A DNA stretch of 64,000 nucleotides from a virus. Taxonomy: Duplodnaviria; Caudoviricetes. The stretch covers positions 20,357 to 84,356 of the IMG/VR virus record IMGVR_UViG_2852055501_000011. One strand, given 5' to 3'. The notes below the pieces were generated by a model. The model saw only the letters and a program-made list of their open reading frames with translations. It ran no database searches and had not been told where the DNA came from. Shown in pieces: positions 38,784 to 48,424 of this stretch. A program made the translations under genes and the position numbers. How positions within the stretch are numbered: the first letter of the stretch is position 1; each line of letters opens with the position of its first letter.

Positions 38784-39776
38784 TTAATCTTCTTCTGCTG
38801 ACCAGGCTTTCCGCTCTGCTGCCAGCCGGTCAATAATGCCTTTGTTGTAAATCGTCCCGTCATCATTCAGTAATACCGGCTGTGTCGCGCAGTAGCAGTT
38901 AAACCGGTTGCCGCCGTCGGCATAGAACGCTTCGACCTCTTCGACAGTGAACACCTTGCCGTGTCGTGCTGCATGCCAGCTGCGTGTAGTCGGTTTCAGC
39001 GCAGATAGCCACAGCAGACCGGTACGCAAACCGAGCCGCTCACTTGCCCACGTGGTTTCATTCCAGTTTGCACTACGTAACGCGCCTACCTGTTCCGTCT
39101 GAGCTATGCGCTTTGCGTTGCTCATTGAGACATCCAGCCTCTGACTAACGATTCTGGCTGTTTCTCTCGGGTTGACACCCCTGGCTATCGACATGCCGAT
39201 AATGTTCGACAGGTCAGCGCGGGCGGCATCAGAAATACCTTTCCAGTCGCTGAACGTTGAGATAAACGCTGCGGCTAGCTGGTTCTGATATGCAGGCTGC
39301 GACATCAGGTAAGTGAGCGTTGTCTGTGACGCATACACCTCTGACTGTAGCGACAGATTGGTGTACGCATTCAGCGTACCGCGATCATACTCAGCTGCGA
39401 CATGGCTGAACGCCCACAGATTTTCATTCCCGCCATCAAGCAGATATTCATCCAGAATGGATTGCAGCCTCTCAAGGAAACGCGCGTACTCGTCAGGACG
39501 CTCAGTGAGGTCATACGAATAAACACCAGCGTTAACCCTGATAAGCGAATCTGGTTCGTTCTGTGCGTTTTTAGCGAGGATGTAGCTGTAGAGTGAGTTC
39601 TGATTTCGCTCTCTGCCGGTGAATGACAGATCGAACAGCTGGCGGAGTTCTTTTTTCAGTCCGTGATACCGCTTTTCAATATCGCGGTACATCTTTCTGA
39701 CTGGCTTTCCTGACTGTGTCGGGTCGGCCTTATTTCCCGGTATTATCGGCGACCCTGTTCTCTGGTTCTTTATCAT
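38784..39776 (-). CDS. Head morphogenesis protein (Mu gpF/SPP1 gp7 family)
   Basis: RIAQTE, TRSWHAARHG, NCYC. Confidence 0.88.
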   Translation of the reverse strand: MIKNQRTGSPIIPGNKADPTQSGKPVRKMYRDIEKRYHGLKKELRQLFDLSFTGRERNQNSLYSYILAKNAQNEPDSLIRVNAGVYSYDLTERPDEYARFLERLQSILDEYLLDGGNENLWAFSHVAAEYDRGTLNAYTNLSLQSEVYASQTTLTYLMSQPAYQNQLAAAFISTFSDWKGISDAARADLSNIIGMSIARGVNPRETARIVSQRLDVSMSNAKRIAQTEQVGALRSANWNETTWASERLGLRTGLLWLSALKPTTRSWHAARHGKVFTVEEVEAFYADGGNRFNCYCATQPVLLNDDGTIYNKGIIDRLAAERKAWSAEED

Positions 39777-41175
39777 CAGTTAACGGGTCTCCTTTGGGTA
39801 CGGTTTCCGGTGGTTCAATACTTTCAAACTCGGTCAGGGTCGGATATTCCCCCAACGCCCTGATTTCGTTCTCCTGGAATACCGAATGACCGAATGCCTG
39901 CTGTGTTTTAACAGCGACATCGGCAGCTTTGTTCATCGAGTCGATTTTCTCAGCCTTACTCGGTGCCAGTAAATCAGACCAACTGACGGTGATTTCCTCT
40001 CTTGGCTCGATAATGCCGAGCGCCCAGAATCGTGATACCACGGACTCAATCACTGATTTCAGAAATCCTGTGCGCCGTGACATGCACGTTTTCGCCCAAT
40101 CCTTCATGTCCTCTGTTGATGCCCGTTCACCGGTAATCTGACCAATCAGCACCTTAACCGGCATATTGATTGAGGCGGCGAATTCAGCCAGTGCGGTACG
40201 CCATGTCGGTTCAGGGTCAGCCGGTGCAACGGAAAGCACACTTGCCGTTCCTTCCTGCATCATCACTGATGCGTCAATGCTCTCGTTTAGTCTGCGAACC
40301 TGCTCATCAAGTGCATCGGCAAGGCCGTCCATATTGGTGCCTAATGCCTCCGCCAGGCGCTGGAAGTCGGTTTCTTTGCTGAACGCATAGTTGAGCTGAC
40401 GACTGGCGTTTTTCAGGAATCCTTCAGCACTGCCGCCCGATACCTTTTCAGCATCAATGAGCTTGTTGTAGCCTTTCCGCAGTAGTGGGGTTCCAGATGT
40501 TAACTTTCCGTCCGCCGCCCCTTCAGCAAGAATGATTACGCGATCAGGGTGAATATCAATAATCCGACCGGGAGAGCCATCTGATTCCTTGCCGACATGC
40601 AATTCCGTGAATGAGTACAGCGCCGGATAGCCGTAATCCTCACTGAGCTGGTCTTCATTCCAGCGCCTCACATCAAGCTGCTCTTCCCATGCGGGGATCA
40701 TGCGGATAATGGCCTTGTCTTTCAGGCGGGAAACCACAGCTCTGTCGACCGGTTCATCCCATTTTCGTCCATCACGCAACTGAATAATCAGACCTGAATA
40801 CCGGCCAACCAGGTTACGCTTGTCTGCCTCTTTGATCTGCTCCCAGTGTGATTTAAGCAACTTGTTCAGCTTGTTATCCCAATCAGTAGAACCGTCTTGG
40901 TCTGCTTCTTCGTCACCTTCGAATATTTCAGGAACATCAATCCAGCAGCCGGAGATATACCGGTCTACTGCCGCACCACCCAAAGCGTTACGGTCATAGG
41001 CGTTGTAAAAGTCATTAAACGTCAGCACTTCCGGATAACCGAACTCGCGCCAGATGCGCGGGCGCTTTGTGTTGCCGGTTCCGATGCCGCCGGTTGCATA
41101 TGTCATTCTGGCTCTTGCTACCGCGCTGATAGCGTTATTCACCGCCAATGACAGCCTGTCTCTGTTTACTTCCAT
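39730..41175 (-). CDS. Portal protein (DUF1073-like)
   Basis: Follows terL; IHPDRVII, GERASTED. Confidence 0.85.
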   Translation of the reverse strand: MEVNRDRLSLAVNNAISAVARARMTYATGGIGTGNTKRPRIWREFGYPEVLTFNDFYNAYDRNALGGAAVDRYISGCWIDVPEIFEGDEEADQDGSTDWDNKLNKLLKSHWEQIKEADKRNLVGRYSGLIIQLRDGRKWDEPVDRAVVSRLKDKAIIRMIPAWEEQLDVRRWNEDQLSEDYGYPALYSFTELHVGKESDGSPGRIIDIHPDRVIILAEGAADGKLTSGTPLLRKGYNKLIDAEKVSGGSAEGFLKNASRQLNYAFSKETDFQRLAEALGTNMDGLADALDEQVRRLNESIDASVMMQEGTASVLSVAPADPEPTWRTALAEFAASINMPVKVLIGQITGERASTEDMKDWAKTCMSRRTGFLKSVIESVVSRFWALGIIEPREEITVSWSDLLAPSKAEKIDSMNKAADVAVKTQQAFGHSVFQENEIRALGEYPTLTEFESIEPPETVPKGDPLTDDKEPENRVADNTGK

Positions 41176-41186
41176 TGTTGCCCTCA

Positions 41187-42668
41187 TTAACGTTTACGAA
41201 CCAGCATGCCTGAGTGAGATTTCTTATTACGGCGACTGACCGCGAAATAACGGAATCCGTCAGCGTCGTGTGATGTGTAGTCGTGAAGTGGTTTATCTTT
41301 CCAGCACCCGCGTTTGCCATCCCATTCTTTCCGGTACGCCTCAAGGTGGGTAATGCCTTCGCCACACTTGTTCTCATCGAATACACAGAGCGGCAGGATT
41401 TCGCGCACTGCCTCAATACCCTCATCAACGGATAGCTTCGGCACCACCTCAAAGCGGATGGAATAGGTTTGCCCGTCAATTTCGTACCCTTCCCGCGCCA
41501 GTTCCCGGCGTGATTTCGCGTCTGAACCGAACTCGCGGTTGTCGATATCATGCGGCCCGTTGTGGCTGGCATATTCATAGCCTTTGTCTTTCAGTACTTT
41601 CATGTAGTGCCGCAGACCTTCGCCACTGTTTGAGTAGTGATCGATGATGTGAAATTCTTCACCGACTTCACGCACAAACCAAATTGACGTTGAGTCACCC
41701 ACGCCGATATCCCAGTACGTATGCACCGGCAGATGTGAGTTATCAGGGACTTCACCAATGCGTTTATTTTCGTACAGCCAGCGGAATTGCTTCGCGTAAT
41801 ACGCACCATCAACAGACTGCTGAAATGCCTCTGACGGTATCGACGGGTATTCCCTCTTCATATCGTCGCCGAGTGTTTTTTCTTTGGCGTAGTACCAGGC
41901 TTTCTGCCGGTCGTTGAGCGTAATTCCGTACTTGCCGGATAGCTCAGCAAAATAATCAGACAGGCGTTGCGGAAGTTGCTCAACAGGGTCGATTGCGTAC
42001 TGCGGGTTCTTCCACCAGGAGAAGAAGAAAAACTTCCAGTCCAGCGGAGATAATGATTTGCCCTGCATCAGTGCTTTTTCAGCCAACTGGCAGTAGTCAA
42101 AGAAATAACCGGCCCGCCCTTCTGCCGTGCTCTCAATAGTCGTAAAGCATTCTGTTGATACCGCCTCAAACGCCCCTGTGACAATCTCACGGGCTTTCTC
42201 TGGCTGCTTGGCGCATATCTTCCCGAACTCTGATACGTGCAGGTAACGCAGCGTACCGCCACGAAACGACACGGACACAGTCACTGAGCCGCCTTTGCTG
42301 AATACCAGTTCACCGGCGGAGTCATTACTCGCGGGGTTGGCTGCTTTGATTTCGTCTGGCAGGCGCTCGTAGGCATATTTGATTTTCTCTCGGAACAAGC
42401 GCTTTGCGTCCGGCAGGGTGTGTGCAATCAGTGCGCACTTCGCGGATTCAAATATGGCCGCGTCCAGCTGGATGATGCAGACCTCTGTCGTAAAACCAAG
42501 CTGACGGGCTTTCAGAATGATGTTGCGGTTGTGAATACCTTCGAAATATTCCGTTTGCTCAGGCGTCATTTTAAAGCGAACCGGGCGACCTTCTTTATCG
42601 GTGATCCAGTACAGATTATTCAGACGCCATTGCTTATTACGCAGTAACGCTAAATGCTCTGGCTTCAT
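41187..42668 (-). CDS. Terminase large subunit
   Basis: ILKARQLGFTT Walker A, ESTAEG, WDIG, SHDADGFRY. Confidence 0.95.
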   Translation of the reverse strand: MKPEHLALLRNKQWRLNNLYWITDKEGRPVRFKMTPEQTEYFEGIHNRNIILKARQLGFTTEVCIIQLDAAIFESAKCALIAHTLPDAKRLFREKIKYAYERLPDEIKAANPASNDSAGELVFSKGGSVTVSVSFRGGTLRYLHVSEFGKICAKQPEKAREIVTGAFEAVSTECFTTIESTAEGRAGYFFDYCQLAEKALMQGKSLSPLDWKFFFFSWWKNPQYAIDPVEQLPQRLSDYFAELSGKYGITLNDRQKAWYYAKEKTLGDDMKREYPSIPSEAFQQSVDGAYYAKQFRWLYENKRIGEVPDNSHLPVHTYWDIGVGDSTSIWFVREVGEEFHIIDHYSNSGEGLRHYMKVLKDKGYEYASHNGPHDIDNREFGSDAKSRRELAREGYEIDGQTYSIRFEVVPKLSVDEGIEAVREILPLCVFDENKCGEGITHLEAYRKEWDGKRGCWKDKPLHDYTSHDADGFRYFAVSRRNKKSHSGMLVRKR

Positions 42669-42669
42669 G

Positions 42670-43272
42670 TTATTTGCTCGATAGTTCGTCCATCAGGTCG
42701 GATAGCTGGCTGGCTGTTTTATTCGGCTGCATGTCATCAAGTCCATACGCCTGACGCTCAAGACCGATAAGGTTCTTCAGTGTTTCGCTCAGCGCTTTGG
42801 CTGATTTAACCCGCTCAGGCAGAGAGATTACCGCATGGTAAAGCTCATTCAGCTTGTCTCGCCCGTTGTCATCAGGCTCAATCATCAGCTCACCGAGTTT
42901 CTCCAGCGCGGCCACATCGGCACACTCTGCACTCAGCTCGTCAAACAGCGCGTTAGCCAATTCACGCGCTCGCCGGATGTCGCCGCGATGCTCCATTCGA
43001 ACATTGGTTATTACCTCTGCGGTAGCTTCGATAAGTACGCGTTCCGATAGCGCCGTTTCACTGCGTACCTGACTGCGTACCTCCTGTTTGCGTACCATGT
43101 CATCAGACCTGGCTTTTATCTTCGCATTCAGGTCACGCGACCAATCGTCACGCTTTGCTCTCTTTCTTATCGCCCCTTCGGATATGTCGTGCTGTGAGGC
43201 AATTTCACGGAGTGACATCACGCCAGCTCTGTAAGCCGACTCGATGGCCTCCCAGTCTGGTCTTTTAGCCAT
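42670..43272 (-). CDS. Terminase small subunit
   Basis: PDWEAIESAYRAG..HTH..LERQAYGL; upstream of terL. Confidence 0.85.
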   Translation of the reverse strand: MAKRPDWEAIESAYRAGVMSLREIASQHDISEGAIRKRAKRDDWSRDLNAKIKARSDDMVRKQEVRSQVRSETALSERVLIEATAEVITNVRMEHRGDIRRARELANALFDELSAECADVAALEKLGELMIEPDDNGRDKLNELYHAVISLPERVKSAKALSETLKNLIGLERQAYGLDDMQPNKTASQLSDLMDELSSK

Positions 43273-43274
43273 TC

Positions 43275-43472
43275 CTATTCCTTACTCTTTTCCTCAGCTA
43301 CCGGAATGTATCTGATGTCGCTGATTTCATCCGGTGCGATATATGTCCATGAGCCATCCAGACCGGCAATGCCAATCAGTCCGTTAGTAATGCGCGGCTC
43401 TTTCGTTGTCATCAATCCGTGATATGTCGTGCCGTCCTTTTTGGTTGCTGTGACTTCGTATTTTTCAGCCAT
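43275..43472 (-). CDS. Hypothetical protein
   Basis: GAGG RBS, short beta-rich ORF immediately upstream of terS. Confidence 0.6.
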   Translation of the reverse strand: MAEKYEVTATKKDGTTYHGLMTTKEPRITNGLIGIAGLDGSWTYIAPDEISDIRYIPVAEEKSKE

Positions 43473-43724
43473 GTCCACCTCAGTTGATTGATGTTCACCA
43501 TTTCTTCCACCACGGCAGGTGTCGCCGCATATGAGGGTGTCTTTATCCCGGTGTTACCGATTATTCTGGATGTCCACACGCTAGCTGTGAGGAGTGGCAC
43601 AGGTCGTGGCTAATGTGGCAGATGAGATCGGCGGCTCGTAGGTAATAAAAAAGACCGCTGTGCGGTCTATTCCGTGAACGATTGTTTTTCTTTGACGAGG
43701 CTCCGAATGCGGAGCTTCATCAGA

Positions 43725-44267
43725 TTACTGGTGCGCCTCCATCAGAGAAACCATATCCGGATCCATCTGCGCAATGATATTTGCTCGGGTATCTGTCAGC
43801 GACTTCTTCCGTCCGCCAACGCCCCAGCTATTCATTCTGCGGGCGCAGTGGCTAATCTCCTGCTTTTCAGTGGCAATCAGCAGGTCAAGGCGGTTAAGCA
43901 TGGTCATGTTCGACAGCCCGTTAAGTGTCGCTTCGCGGAATGTCTCATACACACTGATTTCAAACTCAGGCTTAATCCATGCTGCATAGCGTATCGCCAA
44001 TAATTCAGCAGCCCATACGCCTTGCTCATTACCACCGTTAACTACCTTAAGTGATTGATTTCCTTTCAGAGGACTTTTTTGTCCTCTGGCATCGAGAGCA
44101 GAAACAAAGCGCTTAACTCCGGCGCTCCGGATAAACTTACTTGGCCTTTGTGACTCATTTGCCTCGCCTTTGAGAACTGCCGCAGCGTGTAAATCATTCA
44201 GGCTGTAACGCCCTTCGCTATCAACACGAACGGACACGCCGTTCACAATAACTTTTGGATATTGCAT
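43725..44267 (-). CDS. KilA-N domain protein
   Basis: GRYSLNDLHAAA..AIRYAAWIKPEFE. Confidence 0.88.
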   Translation of the reverse strand: MQYPKVIVNGVSVRVDSEGRYSLNDLHAAAVLKGEANESQRPSKFIRSAGVKRFVSALDARGQKSPLKGNQSLKVVNGGNEQGVWAAELLAIRYAAWIKPEFEISVYETFREATLNGLSNMTMLNRLDLLIATEKQEISHCARRMNSWGVGGRKKSLTDTRANIIAQMDPDMVSLMEAHQ

Positions 44268-44578
44268 GATGTCTACCTTACTTAGTAATGAATCCTGCCA
44301 CATAGGAGATCAGCCCACCAAAGCGACATCAGCTATAACTGATCGCCTCAGGACTCATTCCTAAATATTGGCTTGGTGTTTAAAGATGTGTGCATGTGGT
44401 GCACAGGGTGAAATGCGTAGAGTCGCAACCTTCGCCACGTTACCTACGTTGCTGGGTCACTACCGGTTGTTCCCGGTGGTCAAGATGTGGATCATCCTCC
44501 TTGCCGATATAGTTCGTACTATATGAGGCTATGAGAAATCAGATATAAAAAAGCCCCGCTATTAGCGAGGCGTTGCTG

Positions 44579-44767
44579 TTAACCTAATTTAGCGCGAACA
44601 AGGCAGTCTTTGGCTTCAAGCAACTTACGGAGGCCGGCGGATTTCTCCGCACCATCTGGTAACTGTTCATCCATCTGTTTAGCCAGATCACCGATAGGCT
44701 TGCTCACTTCCTGCAGATGAGGCGGCAGATGCAGGTATTCAAAATATTTCATAATTGGATTTGACAT
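44579..44767 (-). CDS. Conserved small phage protein
   Basis: YFEYLHLPPHLQEVSKP..GLRKLLEAKDCLVRA; GAGG RBS. Confidence 0.75.
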   Translation of the reverse strand: MSNPIMKYFEYLHLPPHLQEVSKPIGDLAKQMDEQLPDGAEKSAGLRKLLEAKDCLVRAKLG

Positions 44768-44776
44768 AAAACCTCG

Positions 44777-45070
44777 CTAGTTTTGTCGTTGTTGTTCAAT
44801 CTCTCGTATTGCCCGCTTATCGTGATTGCAGCCTGCTATCGACTTCATTGCATCGGTCAGCAGCAGGATTGCATCGCCGTAGGTCAGTTCGTCTGGAATA
44901 ACCGGCAGCGGACAATCAGCGGTCAGTTGTGGCGGGATCGGGACCGCCGGCGCGGGCACGAATGTCTCTTTCGTATTGCTGCAACTTCCCAACAATGCCA
45001 GGGGAAACAGGAGTAACAGCGCACTCACTGTCTTTAAACTCCGTCCTGATAACGGTTTTAACTTTGACAT
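44777..45070 (-). CDS. o-spanin (Rz1-like)
   Basis: Near-identical to 2892-3188. Confidence 0.8.
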   Translation of the reverse strand: MSKLKPLSGRSLKTVSALLLLFPLALLGSCSNTKETFVPAPAVPIPPQLTADCPLPVIPDELTYGDAILLLTDAMKSIAGCNHDKRAIREIEQQRQN

Positions 45071-45293
45071 TCTCCGTGCCCTCAGTTTCTTTGGCTTTGA
45101 TGTTGTCGAGTGCGGCGCGGTGTCTGATGGCAACGGCTGAAAGCGTGATGGTATTTATCGTCCGCTGTGCTGACAGCTGTCCGGACAACGTTGTGTTATT
45201 CACCTTCAGTTGCTGGTTATCCCGGTAGGTGTCATATACCCACCAGGCGGCAGCAATAAACAGCGCAGCAATTACCGCTTCTTTCCAGTTCAT
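44916..45293 (-). CDS. i-spanin (Rz-like)
   Basis: Near-identical to 3034-3411. Confidence 0.8.
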   Translation of the reverse strand: MNWKEAVIAALFIAAAWWVYDTYRDNQQLKVNNTTLSGQLSAQRTINTITLSAVAIRHRAALDNIKAKETEGTENVKVKTVIRTEFKDSECAVTPVSPGIVGKLQQYERDIRARAGGPDPATTDR

Positions 45294-45448
45294 AGCGCTT
45301 CACACTCATAATGGATCACACCGTCCAGCGGGTTACCCGGCAGCGGCTTACAGTGATTCGGGAGTGAATACAGATAACAACCCGCCAACAGAGCAGTAGT
45401 CAGCAGGATGATAGCAATGATGATCAGCATTAAAGGGTTCCGTGGCAT
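45290..45448 (-). CDS. Small predicted lipoprotein (52 aa), second copy
   Basis: [24 protein letters not shown]...HYECEAL; frame preserved relative to 3408-3566. Confidence 0.7.
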   Translation of the reverse strand: MPRNPLMLIIIAIILLTTALLAGCYLYSLPNHCKPLPGNPLDGVIHYECEAL

Positions 45449-45906
45449 ATCGCTTTCTCCGTTTCGCGCCGGTTAATCAAACCCTGCCATTGCTTACCAC
45501 CGGCATATGTCCAGCGTTTCATTTCATCACAGGCACCGGCGATATCACCGGTATTGAGCTTACGAAGCATCGTCGAACGCGAGAACGCACCGGGCCCGAC
45601 GTTGTAGACAAATGAATAGATGGCCGCCCGGGTATTATCATCAATCGGCACTTTGATCATCGGGTCAACCGCGCGCCGGACTTTCGTCAGATCGTCGTGC
45701 AGCAGCGCCTTACATTCAGCGTCCGTGTACAGCTTGCCGGGCTGAATATCACTGCCGGTATGGCCGTAACATACGGTGAGCACTCCGGCCACATCACGGT
45801 AAGGTCTGTACTCAACACCTTCGTATGCGGGGATCAGCACCAGCGCCCCGGCAATAGCACCGGCAGAACAGGCGGCCATGACTTGTTTAAATAATCGGTT
45901 ATTCAT
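45430..45906 (-). CDS. SAR endolysin (GH24 lysozyme)
   Basis: Near-identical to 3548-4024. Confidence 0.95.
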   Translation of the reverse strand: MNNRLFKQVMAACSAGAIAGALVLIPAYEGVEYRPYRDVAGVLTVCYGHTGSDIQPGKLYTDAECKALLHDDLTKVRRAVDPMIKVPIDDNTRAAIYSFVYNVGPGAFSRSTMLRKLNTGDIAGACDEMKRWTYAGGKQWQGLINRRETEKAICHGTL

Positions 45907-46091
45907 GATTCCCCACCCGTTTTACGCAGGAACTCTTTACGCTTGTAATACCAATTAACGGCAAACGTCCCGACAGTGCAGATAATGCCGATAAGTACCG
46001 CCCACTGATCCAGGGACATCACACCGAAAGTGGCAGCAATGAATCCCCACGCATAAGCAAAGGGGCTTGAGTATTTTTCTGTCATACGCAT
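45903..46091 (-). CDS. Class II holin/pinholin with dual start (Met-Arg-Met)
   Basis: Two TM segments, VNWYYKRKE. Confidence 0.88.
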   Translation of the reverse strand: MRMTEKYSSPFAYAWGFIAATFGVMSLDQWAVLIGIICTVGTFAVNWYYKRKEFLRKTGGES

Positions 46092-46189
46092 AGCTCACCC
46101 CCCTTCCGGAGGATTTAGTTAATAGGGTGCCGCGCACAGTATCTCTGCGCTGATTACGTTTGTTTGTTCAGGATTCTGTGGCGGCGTAT

Positions 46190-46265
46190 TGGTGCCCCGA
46201 GACCGGATTCGAACCGGCAACCCATCGGTTATGAGCCGAGCGCTCTACCGTTGAGCTACTGGGGC
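46190..46265 (-). tRNA. tRNA with CAU anticodon, most likely Ile2 (lysidine) type
   Basis: GCCCCAGTAGCTCAACGGTAGAGCGCTCGGCTCATAACCGATGGGTTGCCGGTTCGAATCCGGTCTCGGGGCACCA, 76 nt; C4-G69 and C5-G68; one acceptor-stem mismatch. Confidence 0.88.
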
Positions 46266-46341
46266 GTGTATGAAAAAAGGCCGCACAGAGCGACCTCTGG
46301 AGTATTTATCTGTTGGGACTGTGGGCCTGCGATATTTTGAA

Positions 46342-46578
46342 CTACTGCATATTTTGCAGCAGTTGCTCAGTATCAATGCAGCGCTGCCGGTCACGAACTT
46401 CTTTGATGCTCATGCCGAATACTTTTCTGTGATTAGCGCACATCCAGCAACCACACAATGCGGGAGTACGGTAACACATCCCGATGTTGCGCTTAGTGGC
46501 GTGTCCGGCATTGTAATATTTGCTGCGCTTAGATTTGAGGCGTTTCTCGTGATGGCGTCTTATTGCTTTACTTCGCAT
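46342..46578 (-). CDS. Basic Cys-rich hypothetical protein in the late leader
   Basis: GGAG RBS; RRHHEKRLKSKR and CGCWMC. Confidence 0.7.
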   Translation of the reverse strand: MRSKAIRRHHEKRLKSKRSKYYNAGHATKRNIGMCYRTPALCGCWMCANHRKVFGMSIKEVRDRQRCIDTEQLLQNMQ

Positions 46579-46594
46579 TAACGACTCCGTAATT

Positions 46595-46648
46595 CAGTTG
46601 TTCGGAATAACCGAACATGTGAACTATCCGGAAATTCCGGAGAGTTGA
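46595..46648. repeat. 54-bp double-palindrome element, copy 2
   Basis: 53/54 identical to 4709-4762. Confidence 0.85.
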
Positions 46649-46853
46649 AATGAAAAAGCCCCACCGAAGTGAGGCTCTGTTTTATCAAAGATAACCAGCG
46701 GCAAACCACTGAAACCATCTCGTCTCGACACTTTCGACCTCTCAGCCGATGCGGTTCGAGTCCCAGCCCTGCGGCGAAGTGACGAACTAGGCGGTATCGA
46801 TAACAGGAGCCGCCCCTTTTACCCTGTTACCTGCTCCTGCTTTTAACTGCCTG

Positions 46854-46894
46854 AGCATATCACAAACACTACACTGAAATTTCGCGATTTGCAA
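46854..46894 (-). promoter_or_regulatory. Late promoter pR' of prophage B
   Basis: TTGCAA-17-TAGTGT followed by a -10-like pause element TATGCT. Confidence 0.6.
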
Positions 46895-46910
46895 CATTTT
46901 CAATATATAT

Positions 46911-47519
46911 TTATGAAATCGGACACTCCTCTCGTTTTAACTCACGCTCCATTGCATAAAACATCTCTTCTTCCAGTAGTCTCTCTGCCCATTCGATGCG
47001 CCTGGTTCCCTGCTGAATACTGATGCCGGTCATGAAAGTAAGCTCACGCGCCATCTTTTGCGGGTATTTGCGCTCACAATACCGTTTAATAGCCACATGA
47101 CGGATTGGGTTATCTTTTTTAAATCTGTCGGTCATTACCTTTTCAACAAAAGCGGCATCATCTGATTCTTTGGCGAGAGCAATGATGTCGTTTATTGTTT
47201 TCTTCGGATTAAGTATTTCGTGTGACTTTTTGAACAACTCATCTCCGCGATAACCCATTTTATGCAGGTCTTTAACCACCTTGATGATTCTTTCACCCTC
47301 AGTGTCACTCCACTCAGTGCGGATCATCAGGCGACCAATAACGCTGCACTCGCTTGAACCGTAGTCATTGCCACCGTATGCATTACCCCACGTCATGAGC
47401 ATGTAACGAACCCACACCCGCTTGCCGTCAGAGATATTTTTACGGGCACCGCACCACACCCGCCGCAAGTCATTTTTATTGGCAACGTGCGCCAACAGGT
47501 AAAAAGGTTCGTCTCTCAT
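46911..47519 (-). CDS. Probable late antiterminator Q
   Basis: Last gene of the nin region before pR'; WVRYMLMTWG and C-terminal HTH. Confidence 0.7.
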   Translation of the reverse strand: MRDEPFYLLAHVANKNDLRRVWCGARKNISDGKRVWVRYMLMTWGNAYGGNDYGSSECSVIGRLMIRTEWSDTEGERIIKVVKDLHKMGYRGDELFKKSHEILNPKKTINDIIALAKESDDAAFVEKVMTDRFKKDNPIRHVAIKRYCERKYPQKMARELTFMTGISIQQGTRRIEWAERLLEEEMFYAMERELKREECPIS

Positions 47520-47716
47520 TTCTCTTTCCCCTGGTTGCCTTTCATCTTGGATTTGGTCATCAGCACGCCGTTGTAGATAACGTGCATTTCACACCGGGTA
47601 TCACGGTGAAACTTCCTGACGGTGTTCCGGTTTATTTCCAACTCTCTCGCCAGTGCAGTCATGTTTCCGTGGTGCTTAATAAGCATTTCCGGTATCGATG
47701 TGATTTCAGGTTTCAT
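47516..47716 (-). CDS. NinH-like protein
   Basis: IPEMLIKHHGNMTALAREL..HVIYNGVLM. Confidence 0.85.
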   Translation of the reverse strand: MKPEITSIPEMLIKHHGNMTALARELEINRNTVRKFHRDTRCEMHVIYNGVLMTKSKMKGNQGKEK

Positions 47717-48071
47717 CCCCTATCTCCCATATCGTGACATCCAGTGACCCACCGCTTACCCTTTCACCGCGCCTGATACGCATATCATCAATCTGGCTAT
47801 CGTCCTTCCAGAAACCGGCGTGAGTGAGCGAATCGAAAACAGCCTTTGGCAGGTTATCGAGGTCTCTCTGTCGTTTGTCCGGTGGATTTGCTGTGATGCT
47901 GATTCTGATGCGGGATGTGGTGCTGATATCGAGGTTTTGCTGTCTGATTAACTCTGTGATGTGTTGCCGGTAGCTGGTTCCTTTCTCTGCTATGTAGTGC
48001 CTACCTCTGGCGTGTCGCCAGTACGTGTTGTTGGACGGAGGCCACGGCAACTTAAGGTGATATTGGTTCAT
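47706..48071 (-). CDS. rusA: Holliday junction resolvase RusA
   Basis: LPWPPSNNTYWR, RDLDNLPK, DDSQI. Confidence 0.93.
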   Translation of the reverse strand: MNQYHLKLPWPPSNNTYWRHARGRHYIAEKGTSYRQHITELIRQQNLDISTTSRIRISITANPPDKRQRDLDNLPKAVFDSLTHAGFWKDDSQIDDMRIRRGERVSGGSLDVTIWEIGDET

Positions 48072-48358
48072 GCCGATATTTTCCCCTCTGCCAGCAGCTG
48101 CGCCTGAGTCCTGATAATACCCTCAAGGTGACACTGCTTTGCATACTCAGCGTCTGTGAGGCGTGTACGCCGGTCTATTTCGTCATGGCACGCACTACAC
48201 GCCCATGCGCCAAAAATGTCCGGTGACTTAATTCCGGTACCGCACAATCCCGGCATCCGATAATGAGCCAGCACTACCGTTTCAGAATTTCCGTTACACA
48301 CTCCCGGAATTCGGATCTGGCATTCTCTGCCGCGTGCTTCTTTTCGTAAATTCGCCAT
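48068..48358 (-). CDS. DUF1364 (YbcO-like) protein
   Basis: ARGRECQIRIPGVCNGNSETVVLAH..CSACHDEID. Confidence 0.9.
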   Translation of the reverse strand: MANLRKEARGRECQIRIPGVCNGNSETVVLAHYRMPGLCGTGIKSPDIFGAWACSACHDEIDRRTRLTDAEYAKQCHLEGIIRTQAQLLAEGKISA

Positions 48359-48424
48359 AATCACCACCAGTATTTATAGATGCCGAGTGCAATAACAAAT
48401 ATCACCCAACTCAGAGTGAACGGA

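Noticed and set aside
43412-43600. 62-aa ORF from the track
   Set aside because: No RBS, and it overlaps the better-supported gene at 43275-43472
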